Virus record (IMG/VR): IMGVR_UViG_3300046737_000006
Span: 1 to 50,570 of that record
Origin: a virus
Lineage: Duplodnaviria; Caudoviricetes
Reading direction: 5' to 3' (one strand)
Length of the DNA stretch: 50,570 nt
The notes below the pieces were generated by a model. It was not told the origin of the DNA and searched no databases. It saw only the letters and a program-made list of their open reading frames with translations. The position numbers and the translations under genes were made by a program. This document shows positions 9,240 to 17,520 of this stretch, piece after piece. Numbering within the stretch: position 1 is the first letter of the stretch; every line of letters begins with the position of its first letter.

Positions 9240-10707
9240 ACCTACCGCTAAAAGTCCTATTCGCTTCCCTACTCGTGGCTGAGGCACGTAACGCCCCGCT
9301 TCCATAGGTACAGCTACTGACTAGTTCGGGCTCGCCTGGAGGTTCTCCACGTCCAAGGCCCTATAGCTTCTTGGCGGTATCAGTAGGTCATCGTTTGCCA
9401 CAGAAGGCGCTACTTGCTCTTAGTGACTCAACCTACGGTCATCACAGCTCCAGAGCAGCGCTTACGCTGACATCAGTACCCTAGACATTCACCAGCGTGA
9501 AGTCCATCGGGTTTAACTGCTTAACAGGCTTAGCACAAACACACAGAGCGCTCGACGGCCCTTCTCTGTAGTCTGTTGTGTCTACCACAGGCGATTGTCA
9601 TGCTATCTGTCAGGCACCTGCCTTATTGCACCACTACCTTTCGGTAGGCCGGACTCGAACCGGCAGCTCCTGCCTACTCCTCGGTTCACCATACGGCTCC
9701 TTGCCGACGACGGATTCGCACCGTCTCTCTGGGATGGCCCGATCCTGTATATTGCGCATAGGCTTAGCTTTCGCGTCTTTGAATTACGCGCTCCCAACCG
9801 GTGACCTCGGAACTTCTTTTATCCGTGTAGCTCCATATGCAGATTACGGGAGTGTCAGCGATCGCTAGATCGCGATCAATCCCGGAGCACACAACGATAG
9901 AGAGGGATACCCCATCTATGTCTCGGCCTATAGGACTCCTACTACACTGCGTAGGTCCCAATGCACGGACATACCTGGCCTCGAACCAAGAGGCTCTCAA
10001 GTTCTCTGTCTCTTTGTACGGGTCGGACTCTTAGGTAAGTCGAATATACTCCGTAGAGCATTAGCCTGGCAGTCACCCTGCTGGCCGACGTTACCCTGTG
10101 TTGTGTGGAGGCTATCCCACTTTCAGCCGTTGGTTCGCTACCTGTGCACATTTGCTCATCGCTCATCGTTCGGCTATGAGAATGGTATATGACTCTGGAC
10201 TCACCGCCAGTCCTGCTTGACTTGGCTCGCACCTAAGCTTTCGCAGTCACCCCATGCCTAAGCTTCGCGTCCATATGAGCTAGCCTTTTCCCCTACACTG
10301 GTAGGCACGGTAGGCTAGTATCCGTAGTGCTCACGAACCCTGTAGATCGCTCAGTCTTTTAGGCTGCATCACTGAGCTAACGCCTAGTATTCCCGCTCCA
10401 CACGCGGGTATTTGCTTTCACCTTTCCTCAAGAGACTATCGTCCAGAAACCTCTGAGCGAATCACTCAGCCCCTGGAGCGTCGATGGCACCCATCTAGTG
10501 CTAGCTCAAGACTACTCAGTTACTGACAAGGAGGTTGCGCCACCTTTGGACAGTGTCCTCCGTTGAGGACCTAGCGCATCCTGACGCACATTAATCGTTT
10601 TCCTCAGCTATCCTAATCCCCTGGGACTTCGAGTCCCCGCTCCCCTGGTAGACAGCCAGGTGCTAGGATTGTGGACCGTACACTTAGGAGTGTTGCGACT
10701 AATGTAC
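9240..10707 (-). ncRNA. Candidate large structured non-coding RNA (~1.45 kb), family unassigned; ends approximate
   Basis: No credible ORF; continuous hairpins and junctions; 12-bp helix 10696..10707/10586..10597 with G:U pairs only on the minus strand; T-loop hairpins at 9648..9664 and 9709..9725; GAAA tetraloop hairpin at 9634..9647. Confidence 0.65.
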
Positions 10708-10723
10708 TTAATGAACAAATAGA

Positions 10724-10777
10724 AACCCCGGCGCTACAGTTAGAAAGGAGGCGGAAAGAACTGTATTCACCGGGGTT
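10724..10777 (-). terminator. Terminator-like hairpin whose loop displays an anti-SD sequence
   Basis: AACCCCGGTG..TACAGTT-[CTTTCCGCCTCCTTTCT]-AACTGTA.CGCCGGGGTT followed by TCTATTTGTT. Confidence 0.65.
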
Positions 10778-10783
10778 GTTTCG

Positions 10784-10915
10784 TTAGTAGATCAGGGGAG
10801 CAATCAGCTTAGCTGTCTCCTTACAGATGTCGATTAGACCTACACCTGCTAGGATCAAGATAACCCATGATTGCCAACCTTCGAACTTGAATTCGTACTT
10901 ATAGTTCCTGTTCAT
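10784..10915 (-). CDS. 43-aa membrane peptide MNRNYKYEFKFEGWQSWVILILAGVGLIDICKETAKLIAPLIY
   Basis: Translated by hand; hydrophobic helix; stop lies just before the terminator hairpin. Confidence 0.55.
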   Translation of the reverse strand: MNRNYKYEFKFEGWQSWVILILAGVGLIDICKETAKLIAPLIY

Positions 10916-10935
10916 TGTTCTTTTTCTTATTGTTT

Positions 10936-11033
10936 GGCTCCGACTGGGGGTCGGTTATTCCCCGGCCGTGACCCCTCCGCGCCTTGCGGTGCGTGATTAG
11001 AGCCGGGACAGATGTGGCCTGCACATCGGAGCC
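10936..11033 (-). ncRNA. Intergenic multibranch structured RNA with a possible pseudoknot
   Basis: GGCTCCGA/TCGGAGCC closing stem; GATGTG/CACATC; CCCGGC/GCCGGG; GCAA tetraloop; GGGGTC/GACCCC complementarity. Confidence 0.45.
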
Positions 11034-11052
11034 GTGGCCACCCACGCCTGTG

Positions 11053-11583
11053 TTAGAACAGTTGCTTGCCCTGGGTTTCGAAGCCCATGACTGCATTCTG
11101 ACCACCTTCATCGAAGGATGGCTTGTTGAAAGGGATTAGATGGTCAATGCGAACAGAGAACCACCTCATAGCCCACTCCTTCTTACCATCCCTAGATGCG
11201 GGGGGAGTATAAGGATAAACCTCAACCTTGGCGACTACATCAGAGCCATTACCGATAGGCTCATTCAGAGGAGCGTAGGCGACAACGTTGCCTTGTTCAT
11301 CCTTGATGGGCATGTTACCGTTGAATACTTCAGGCGGCTTCATACCCACAATCTTACCAGTACGCAATTTCAACTCTGATGGACGGTTCAAACGAACCCA
11401 CCAACCATCATCGTCCTTCTCAATTCGGTTCTTAATACCCTTGTCTTTTTGTAGCTGCTGCAATAGAGCCATTGACTCGGCGTCTGGATATAGCTTCATC
11501 GAATACTTGCCCCACTGATTAATCTTGTGTGGGGATACCCAAGAACCCTTACCCTTTAAGAAATACCATTCTGTACCGGGCAT
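11053..11583 (-). CDS. Single-stranded DNA-binding protein (gp2.5-like)
   Basis: KGKGSW...GKYSMKLYPD...PIGNGSDVVAKVEVY pattern, C-terminal Phe, near the polymerase gene. Confidence 0.7.
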   Translation of the reverse strand: MPGTEWYFLKGKGSWVSPHKINQWGKYSMKLYPDAESMALLQQLQKDKGIKNRIEKDDDGWWVRLNRPSELKLRTGKIVGMKPPEVFNGNMPIKDEQGNVVAYAPLNEPIGNGSDVVAKVEVYPYTPPASRDGKKEWAMRWFSVRIDHLIPFNKPSFDEGGQNAVMGFETQGKQLF

Positions 11584-11584
11584 A

Positions 11585-11782
11585 TTATCCTAAGAAAGTC
11601 TTAGCCAGGACCAGAGCCGCTTCCACATCTGTTGCGTAGAACTTCTCAATGTCACCGCTATACATACTAGGCGAAACAACATAGCCGTTGGCAATCTTAA
11701 TGACTACAACTTCCTTGCGCTGCGACTCTGGCTCAACGCCGGGGTTGCTGGGCGCGCAAGTAGCTACTTCTAAATCATTCAT
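11585..11782 (-). CDS. Hypothetical protein, 65 aa
   Basis: Tiles the operon; SD AAGGA. Confidence 0.6.
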   Translation of the reverse strand: MNDLEVATCAPSNPGVEPESQRKEVVVIKIANGYVVSPSMYSGDIEKFYATDVEAALVLAKTFLG

Positions 11783-11783
11783 A

Positions 11784-11954
11784 TTAGTCTAATTCCTTAA
11801 TCTTTGTAAGAGATAAACCTGTCACGTCTGGGTAAACTTCTTTAATCTCAGTCAGCGCAGCTAACTCCTTTTCGTCCTGATCTAAATCCTCATCGATGTC
11901 CAGAGTCATAGCTCCGACATCTGTGTACTCAAAATCAACTTGATGCATCGACAT
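11784..11954 (-). CDS. Acidic hypothetical protein, 56 aa (MSMHQVDFEYTDVGAM...)
   Basis: Translated by hand; SD AAAGGA; fills the gap. Confidence 0.55.
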   Translation of the reverse strand: MSMHQVDFEYTDVGAMTLDIDEDLDQDEKELAALTEIKEVYPDVTGLSLTKIKELD

Positions 11955-12049
11955 TCTTGTTATCCTTTATATATTTACAATCATCCCAAGGCTTCTTGCA
12001 ATTGCAACTGCCATCTAAGATTACGCAGTCCCGGTCAAGTAAAAAGTCG

Positions 12050-14023
12050 TCAGTGCGTTTGGTACCAGTTCCGCCCGATGGTGTGTTCGTTGGTGCTGTC
12101 ATTGGTGTAACTCCCTGCCATAGGACAGTTCAGTTTATAGTATTGACCAGCTTCGACAATAGCTTGGGCCTTAATCTCGGCTACTTTTATAGCACATCTT
12201 TGGTCGTTGTCAACCTCAGATTGTAGCTCATCGTGAACTATGTCCACATAGTGCCAGTTGCCTGTAGCCTGAATGCATTCTGGAGATCGGATATGTCTCG
12301 CCGCGAGAATAGCAGCGCGCTTGACGATGATGGCTTCGCCGTTTTGGAGGTATCCAGACATTGCAAGATGTTGCCGGTCACGGAGAGTGTCTCCTGGTAT
12401 CTTAACCTTACGACCGTCCAGCCCAATGAAGTAACCACGTTTAGCATCTCTCGGAAATACTTCCTCGCGCATTCGTTTGAAGCCTTCGAGCCGTCCGAGC
12501 AGACGATCAAGAGCTGCTTGGGCTTCTTCTGTAGAGCAGCCAAGAATTTCAGCAAGTTTATTAAGGCCTGCCCCGAGTAGGAGTGCGTAGAGGAACCGTT
12601 TCGCAGCCTGTCTAGTCTTACAAGCACTACCCAGCACCCTTTGGTTGAAACTGTGCGGATCGCTCTTGTCGTGTTTAGAACCTCTGACCAGCGCATCGAT
12701 GAACTCCGGATCGTTTACGTAGTGTGCGAATATCCTAAGCTGAATGCCTTCGGCGTCAACACCAACTAATAAACGTTTCTTAGGAGCAATCCAAAGCTGT
12801 CTCAACTCCTTACCCAGGAGCTTGACGCTATCATCTACTGTATTGAACTCGCGGGGGATGTTCGCAGTGTTAGGCTCTTGATGAGCCATGCGATGTGTCC
12901 AGGCCCCTATACCTTGGAACTTTCCGTGTATCCTGCCATCCGTTCCAACAAGCCCTAACCATTCAGTTAGGGTTCTTCGACGAGACTCTAGCAGGATGCG
13001 CTTAGCAAGGGACCTGGCACTGGAGGGTGCGGAGGGAGGTAATGTAGCTAAATTATCTTCGTTGATCTTCCATCCAGTCTTAGATAGTAGATCAAGTTTA
13101 GCCTCTAAGTCAATTCGCTCTTGACCCTTAGCTTTGTGTAAAGCTCTCAGGGTATCCTTATGGGTCTGTGTCTTATCCGTAGGCTGCCAACCAGCCTCAG
13201 TTAATACTTCAATCAGTTGCTTATGAGAGCTAGGATTAAAAGGGACAAATCGAGTGTGCCGGTACGTCTCACCCGCTATATAGAGATGTATTTGAGGGTG
13301 GAGTACGCGGGGCACACTCGTTCGGGATATAGTCCCGAACTTAGTCAGCTTCGGTACGAACTCACGAATGAGTTGTTCCCTAGGCGGAAACGATTTAAGT
13401 ATCTCGTCGTCTAGTTTCCCCAGGTCTGCTTGGACTCTCGATAGTAAGCGATTAGCGCGATCGACGTCAAAAGCAAAACCATGAAGATGCAGCTCGTTGC
13501 AGATGAGCTGAAACTCTTGTTCGAGCTGGATAGCGCTAGTCCAAGTACTACCCCCGGACCGCTGCAGAAGAGCAGACAACCGAAGATAGAGCCTATAGTT
13601 AATCTCGACGTCTCTTTCACAGTACACCTCCATTTCTTTAGAGTACTTAGAGAAGTCAGAGAACTTCAGTTTGGGGTATCCGAGTTCCTCCCCAAACGCT
13701 TCCAACGAGTGGCCAGCCGGTCTTGAATAATCAAGGAGTTTTGATGTGATGAGTGTGTCAAATACCCCAGTAGTAACACTGGGCCACACAAGACCAATAA
13801 GACGATTGAGGACAATAAAATCGTAACCAAGTATATTGTGGCCAATCCATAGCGTCGCTCGTGAAGCGAGACGTAGAAACGCCGCCTTAGCTGCATCATC
13901 ATGGGTCACCTCTCTAAAGACGTGGACCTCCTGTGTGTCCACATCCCTACAGATAATGCACCATATCTGAGAGACCTTATATGGATTTAAACCATTGGCC
14001 TCGATATCAATTACTAGCTTCAA
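12050..14023 (-). CDS. DNA polymerase family A (T7-like) with 3'-5' exonuclease
   Basis: DIEANGL, GHNILGYD, YCERDV (exonuclease); VGVDAEGIQLR (motif A), RQAAKRFLYA (motif B), VHDE (motif C). Confidence 0.95.
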   Translation of the reverse strand: MKLVIDIEANGLNPYKVSQIWCIICRDVDTQEVHVFREVTHDDAAKAAFLRLASRATLWIGHNILGYDFIVLNRLIGLVWPSVTTGVFDTLITSKLLDYSRPAGHSLEAFGEELGYPKLKFSDFSKYSKEMEVYCERDVEINYRLYLRLSALLQRSGGSTWTSAIQLEQEFQLICNELHLHGFAFDVDRANRLLSRVQADLGKLDDEILKSFPPREQLIREFVPKLTKFGTISRTSVPRVLHPQIHLYIAGETYRHTRFVPFNPSSHKQLIEVLTEAGWQPTDKTQTHKDTLRALHKAKGQERIDLEAKLDLLSKTGWKINEDNLATLPPSAPSSARSLAKRILLESRRRTLTEWLGLVGTDGRIHGKFQGIGAWTHRMAHQEPNTANIPREFNTVDDSVKLLGKELRQLWIAPKKRLLVGVDAEGIQLRIFAHYVNDPEFIDALVRGSKHDKSDPHSFNQRVLGSACKTRQAAKRFLYALLLGAGLNKLAEILGCSTEEAQAALDRLLGRLEGFKRMREEVFPRDAKRGYFIGLDGRKVKIPGDTLRDRQHLAMSGYLQNGEAIIVKRAAILAARHIRSPECIQATGNWHYVDIVHDELQSEVDNDQRCAIKVAEIKAQAIVEAGQYYKLNCPMAGSYTNDSTNEHTIGRNWYQTH

Positions 14024-14094
14024 TTAGTCCTCTGAAATTCTTAATGTGTGCTCAGGGCCGAGCGGGACGTCTGGCGCCCAGCCCCTCGCTTAAC

Positions 14095-14598
14095 TTACTC
14101 CGCGTCTACGACAGCAGCAGTGACGAAGTACGACTGCCAATCCATGGTGTCTGTCGTGGAGTTATTTCCGGTACCGACGGGAACCCTCACGTTACGGATG
14201 AACGCCTCGTTGGCGTAGTTGATGGCGGTGTTCTTATCTTGGAAGAAGTGGATACCACTTCCGCAAGCGAAGTCGCCTTTATCATAAGGCTTCTCCGGTT
14301 CCAGCGTGTCGCCAGGCCCATAGAAAAACTTCTTGTCGTGTAGGCTACCGACCTTATCAAATCCACCGTGGATTTTCAAGACCTTTGCCTTGCTAGCACG
14401 ACATTTCTTCTCATTGTTTACGTTCGGGTAAGGACCCCACAGAGAGCTATAGAACTTGAACATAGAGTCTTCTGGGTCTTGCTCATGTTTAGGACACTGC
14501 CACTCAGCATCCTCTGGGATTTCCAGCTCCACCAGAACATACGTATCTGGGAGCTTGTCATCCTCGTTACGAACAACTGCCTTCTTGTACCCGATCAT
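14095..14598 (-). CDS. DUF5758-like protein
   Basis: KCRASKAKV...SLHDKKFFY...ACGSGIHFF pattern. Confidence 0.7.
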   Translation of the reverse strand: MIGYKKAVVRNEDDKLPDTYVLVELEIPEDAEWQCPKHEQDPEDSMFKFYSSLWGPYPNVNNEKKCRASKAKVLKIHGGFDKVGSLHDKKFFYGPGDTLEPEKPYDKGDFACGSGIHFFQDKNTAINYANEAFIRNVRVPVGTGNNSTTDTMDWQSYFVTAAVVDAE

Positions 14599-14734
14599 GG
14601 GTATCTTCCTTTGTTATTGGATATACGTTTGGAGCGTATACCGATATCTTTCCTTGTCTGCCTCTGCAACACGAGGACAGCTCTCACGCAGACGAATGGA
14701 GCAATCCCGGTAGACCTGCATTTGGGTCCACAAT

Positions 14735-14962
14735 TCATGCCGCTCTTGCGGCGTCCCTTTGTAACCGACGACGTTCATGTTCTTGCTTCTTCAGTTCCAA
14801 TTGTTTTAACCGAATAGCCCTCCGGTGCTCTGCGACTCGGTAACGCCTCTCGTCGATCTCTCCCCAACGAGCTAGTGTTTGTTCCCACCCGCCGGTGTTA
14901 GCATTCTTGAAATCCTTCCTGAGCATCCCTGAGCCCAAGGGTTTGGAACGATCATAACTCAT
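14735..14962 (-). CDS. Hypothetical basic protein
   Basis: ATGA overlap with the upstream gene. Confidence 0.55.
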   Translation of the reverse strand: MSYDRSKPLGSGMLRKDFKNANTGGWEQTLARWGEIDERRYRVAEHRRAIRLKQLELKKQEHERRRLQRDAARAA

Positions 14963-15258
14963 ATCATCTTCCCTTCCCGACCTTCTCCGATCAGCTTGTA
15001 GTAGCTGTTCATGGTCTCGATCTCGTTGTCCAACGGATCATGCTTGACCACAGCAGAGGTCACGATCCAGCCTGTGAAGCTGGGGTGCCCCTTAGGCTTC
15101 CCAAAGATCACGTACCCCAAGGTATCTTCATAACCTGGGCGACGGTTCTTGTCAAACCGACGTATCTCCCAGTTATGGATTTCCCCTTTGTACTGCTTCC
15201 CCTTATGAGGGAAGGGGATACGAACAGCAGCAAACTTAAACTGCTCAAGCTTTCCCAT
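14959..15258 (-). CDS. Hypothetical protein, 99 aa
   Basis: SD AGGAG; conserved-looking IVTSAVV...IETMNSYYKL. Confidence 0.65.
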   Translation of the reverse strand: MGKLEQFKFAAVRIPFPHKGKQYKGEIHNWEIRRFDKNRRPGYEDTLGYVIFGKPKGHPSFTGWIVTSAVVKHDPLDNEIETMNSYYKLIGEGREGKMI

Positions 15259-15276
15259 TGGATACTCCTGAGGTTT

Positions 15277-15410
15277 TATCTTACGTAAGATACTCTTAAG
15301 ATAAACATAAGCTATGTAAGATATACTAAAGATATACTACTGATGTAAGAGTAAACACCAGTAGTATATCTATAGATAGATATCTTACGTAAGAGTATCT
15401 TTAGATACGT
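15277..15410. repeat. AT-rich TAAGATA repeat and palindrome cluster
   Basis: Perfect palindrome TATCTTACGTAAGATA 15277..15292, near copy at 15381; TAAGATA-like units at 15286, 15297, 15317, 15328. Confidence 0.7.
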
Positions 15411-15828
15411 TAGTTAAGTCAAGTAAGGGAATAGTTCCTTCTGGATCAGTGACTAGGTCTGCATCAGATGAACAGATGACTTCCCATAAATCATAGTTCT
15501 GACAGAACCTTACGGGAATGACAGCAACCATTGGGGGCATGTTCTGCTGTGTCGATCCCAAGTAGACCGTCTTCTCTGTCTTGTCGAGTATCTTGAAGAT
15601 GCCTAGAGCGAAGTTAGCGCTCTTCTTATCTTTAACCGAGAAGACAGTATCTTTGTCTAGTAACGATAACCAATCTCCGTTAGGTGGAAGTTCCTTTCCA
15701 CCAGTAACTAATTTCAAGTAGTCAGCCATAGTAGTTTCTTTTTCTTCCTTAATTGTAACAAGTTGGAGGATATTATTAGCACCTTTGGTCTTCATTAGAA
15801 TGCCCCGCAATCGCCCTAGGAAGGCCAC
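15385..15828 (-). CDS. Hypothetical protein (likely start MADYLKLV near 15729)
   Basis: ORF in operon; AAGGA upstream of the internal ATG. Confidence 0.55.
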   Translation of the reverse strand: MAFLGRLRGILMKTKGANNILQLVTIKEEKETTMADYLKLVTGGKELPPNGDWLSLLDKDTVFSVKDKKSANFALGIFKILDKTEKTVYLGSTQQNMPPMVAVIPVRFCQNYDLWEVICSSDADLVTDPEGTIPLLDLTNVSKDTLT

Positions 15829-15858
15829 TGGTGAGTTTAAGTATATAGGGAGCTACCC

Positions 15859-16119
15859 CTATAGCCCTTGCTTCATCTTTTCTATCTTGATAGCCCTTTC
15901 CTTATAGGTTGCGAGTGACTGTTTCATAGCACATACCCGACAGTAGAACTCGGGTACCTTCCTTACTTTGTTGGCGTCCGTGGTCTCCGTGCGATAACGT
16001 CGTGCCAACGGAATACCGTGGGTTGGGCAACACCGTTTGGTTTGTTCCATAACATCAGTTCTCCTACCGCCGTGAAGATACCGCATGCATAGGCTAGGGC
16101 CAAGAGCCCTACGAACCAC
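15859..16119 (-). CDS. Small Zn-finger-like protein (likely start MEQTKR)
   Basis: CPTH...CRVC motif. Confidence 0.5.
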   Translation of the reverse strand: MVRRALGPSLCMRYLHGGRRTDVMEQTKRCCPTHGIPLARRYRTETTDANKVRKVPEFYCRVCAMKQSLATYKERAIKIEKMKQGL

Positions 16120-16125
16120 CAGAGG

Positions 16126-16368
16126 TCAATCTGTATCATCTTCTGTGTTCTCCCCTTCCACGCCGATGTTGGTTACGTCATACCCGGCGCACTCTGCCTT
16201 GAGTCCGTCCAGGTTGTCAGCGCGTTCGATTGCATTCCAAGCTCTCTTCTCAGCGTCTGCTACGTCAGTAGCGAACACCTCCACAATCATGGTTACATGC
16301 CACTTAACACTCATGTCGTCCTCCTCCACCGAAGGGTGGGAATGATATCGCCGTTGGTGAAGAACCAA
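16126..16368 (-). CDS. Hypothetical protein (likely start MSVKWH)
   Basis: GGAGGAGG SD before the internal ATG. Confidence 0.55.
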   Translation of the reverse strand: MVLHQRRYHSHPSVEEDDMSVKWHVTMIVEVFATDVADAEKRAWNAIERADNLDGLKAECAGYDVTNIGVEGENTEDDTD

Positions 16369-16622
16369 GTGCCGAACTGATTTGGTTCCTTCAACTGGGC
16401 GATGGGTTTAGTGATCAGAATACGAACCAGAGCAATCTTGTACTCGTGTCCGTTGATCTCCTTAGATCGGTCCGGGACCTCCAGTCCATGAACTGCGAAC
16501 AGTGCCAGAAGGAAGGTCAGGTTCCTTCGCATCAGTGGCTTTGCTAGCATCGCTGGGATGTTCTGCATCTTTTTTACCTCCGTCAACATAGTACGAAACA
16601 ATATGTCCAGGTAAATTCTCAA
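16311..16622 (-). CDS. Hypothetical protein (likely start MQNIPA)
   Basis: GGAGG before the internal ATG; ATGA overlap downstream. Confidence 0.4.
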   Translation of the reverse strand: MRIYLDILFRTMLTEVKKMQNIPAMLAKPLMRRNLTFLLALFAVHGLEVPDRSKEINGHEYKIALVRILITKPIAQLKEPNQFGTWFFTNGDIIPTLRWRRTT

Positions 16623-16686
16623 TCAAATTATTCAAATCAATAAGTGTCTCAGCGGTAAGTTCCACGACTACTGTAGCTTTCTTCAT
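16462..16686 (-). CDS. Hypothetical protein, 74 aa
   Basis: GGAGG SD; ATGA overlap with UNG. Confidence 0.5.
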   Translation of the reverse strand: MKKATVVVELTAETLIDLNNLIENLPGHIVSYYVDGGKKDAEHPSDASKATDAKEPDLPSGTVRSSWTGGPGPI

Positions 16687-17351
16687 GGTAGCCTCCAGTC
16701 TATGGGTTGATCTAGGTACCAGTTTATTCTTGAGAATATACGACTTCCCAAGAACCCTTTCTTCGCTCCCAGCGGACTTGGGTGAGAAGTCCAGAGTTGT
16801 CGTTCGTAGCCTGGTATGGCAAAAGTCTGAGCCACCCGGCCAAGATATGCCAGGACAGCGTTGTTATCGGCCGCTTTTCGAAGAACTTCTTGTGTGAGTA
16901 ACTCCCACTCACACCAATGATGACTGCCGGGACGGCCTGTGGCGCATGTAGGATAAGCGTTCCAGAGCAGTACTCCTTGTTGGGTCCACGGAGTGAGGTC
17001 ACCGCTCGTCGGAAAGGGTAGCTGTAGATCATCGTGATATTCCTTAAAGATGTTGACTAAGGAAGGCGGGTAATCGTCAGACCCAATGTGATTAGGTACG
17101 CTAAAAGCAGTCCCAGTGCAGTACTTAGGGTTAGGATAAGGGTCTTGGCCCACAATGCAAACCCGTACTCTTTCAGGTGGCAGCTCGTTGAGCACACGGA
17201 ACATATCAATAGGAGCAGGACAATAAGCCTGAGCCCCTGATAATCGCCTATGATCAAGGTCATTGAGTCTCTCCCTTATGACCTGCCATTCACCGGACTT
17301 CCAGAACTTCAATTTCCAGTGTTGGTTATATCCCTTCGTATGAAACTTCAT
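16683..17351 (-). CDS. ung: Uracil-DNA glycosylase, family 1
   Basis: GQDPY, PPSLVNIFKE, GDLTPWTQQGVLLWN and SHPSPLG motifs all intact. Confidence 0.93.
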   Translation of the reverse strand: MKFHTKGYNQHWKLKFWKSGEWQVIRERLNDLDHRRLSGAQAYCPAPIDMFRVLNELPPERVRVCIVGQDPYPNPKYCTGTAFSVPNHIGSDDYPPSLVNIFKEYHDDLQLPFPTSGDLTPWTQQGVLLWNAYPTCATGRPGSHHWCEWELLTQEVLRKAADNNAVLAYLGRVAQTFAIPGYERQLWTSHPSPLGAKKGFLGSRIFSRINWYLDQPIDWRLP

Positions 17352-17520
17352 TTATTCTAAATATCTCCAACCAATCTTCGATGTCCCCTTTAGGGACTAA
17401 TAGACAGTTATTCTTTTCCATTCGCCAAGCTAATTCTTTGAGACGTCTCTTGCCTACATCTGTGGAACCTTCGATGATGCAGGTTCCGTGCTTGGTGCAA
17501 GTGATGGTGATGTCAGCCAT
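17326..17520 (-). CDS. Hypothetical protein, 64 aa
   Basis: SD GGAGAG; overlaps the helicase tail. Confidence 0.5.
   Translation of the reverse strand: MADITITCTKHGTCIIEGSTDVGKRRLKELAWRMEKNNCLLVPKGDIEDWLEIFRINEVSYEGI

Noticed and set aside
9318-9575. Group I intron P7 pairing (CAGACTA with TAGTC)
   Set aside because: Only a 5-bp match, no convincing P/Q/S context, and the flanking genes are complete with no exons to join
9634-9725. tRNA genes suggested by two T-loop hairpins
   Set aside because: No acceptor stem, D arm or anticodon arm at cloverleaf spacing; treated as tertiary motifs of the large RNA
9578-10232. Short ORFs in the track (64-96 aa, both strands)
   Set aside because: Mutually overlapping, no SD, Arg/Ser/Cys-rich random-like composition, unlike the tiled real genes
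9620-10590. Group II intron (GTGCG at ~10589; GAGCCGTATG at ~9699 resembling domain V)
   Set aside because: The 3' half of domain V (ACGTACGGTTC) is not at the right spacing, the CGGTTC is tied up in a stronger T-loop hairpin, GTGCG sits within another helix, and there is no interrupted gene or RT ORF; a distant derivative cannot be excluded
9240-10707. 16S or 23S rRNA fragment (length similar to 16S, anti-SD nearby)
   Set aside because: No universal rRNA motifs found (GTGCCAGCAGCCGCGGTAA, AAACTCAAAGGAATTGACGG, GTCGTAACAAGG); the anti-SD lies 5' of the region, not at its 3' end
10936-11033. Twister or HDV-like ribozyme, or cobalamin riboswitch
   Set aside because: Only fragmentary similarity (TAA, GGAGGG, GGGAA); the required order of conserved elements is not met
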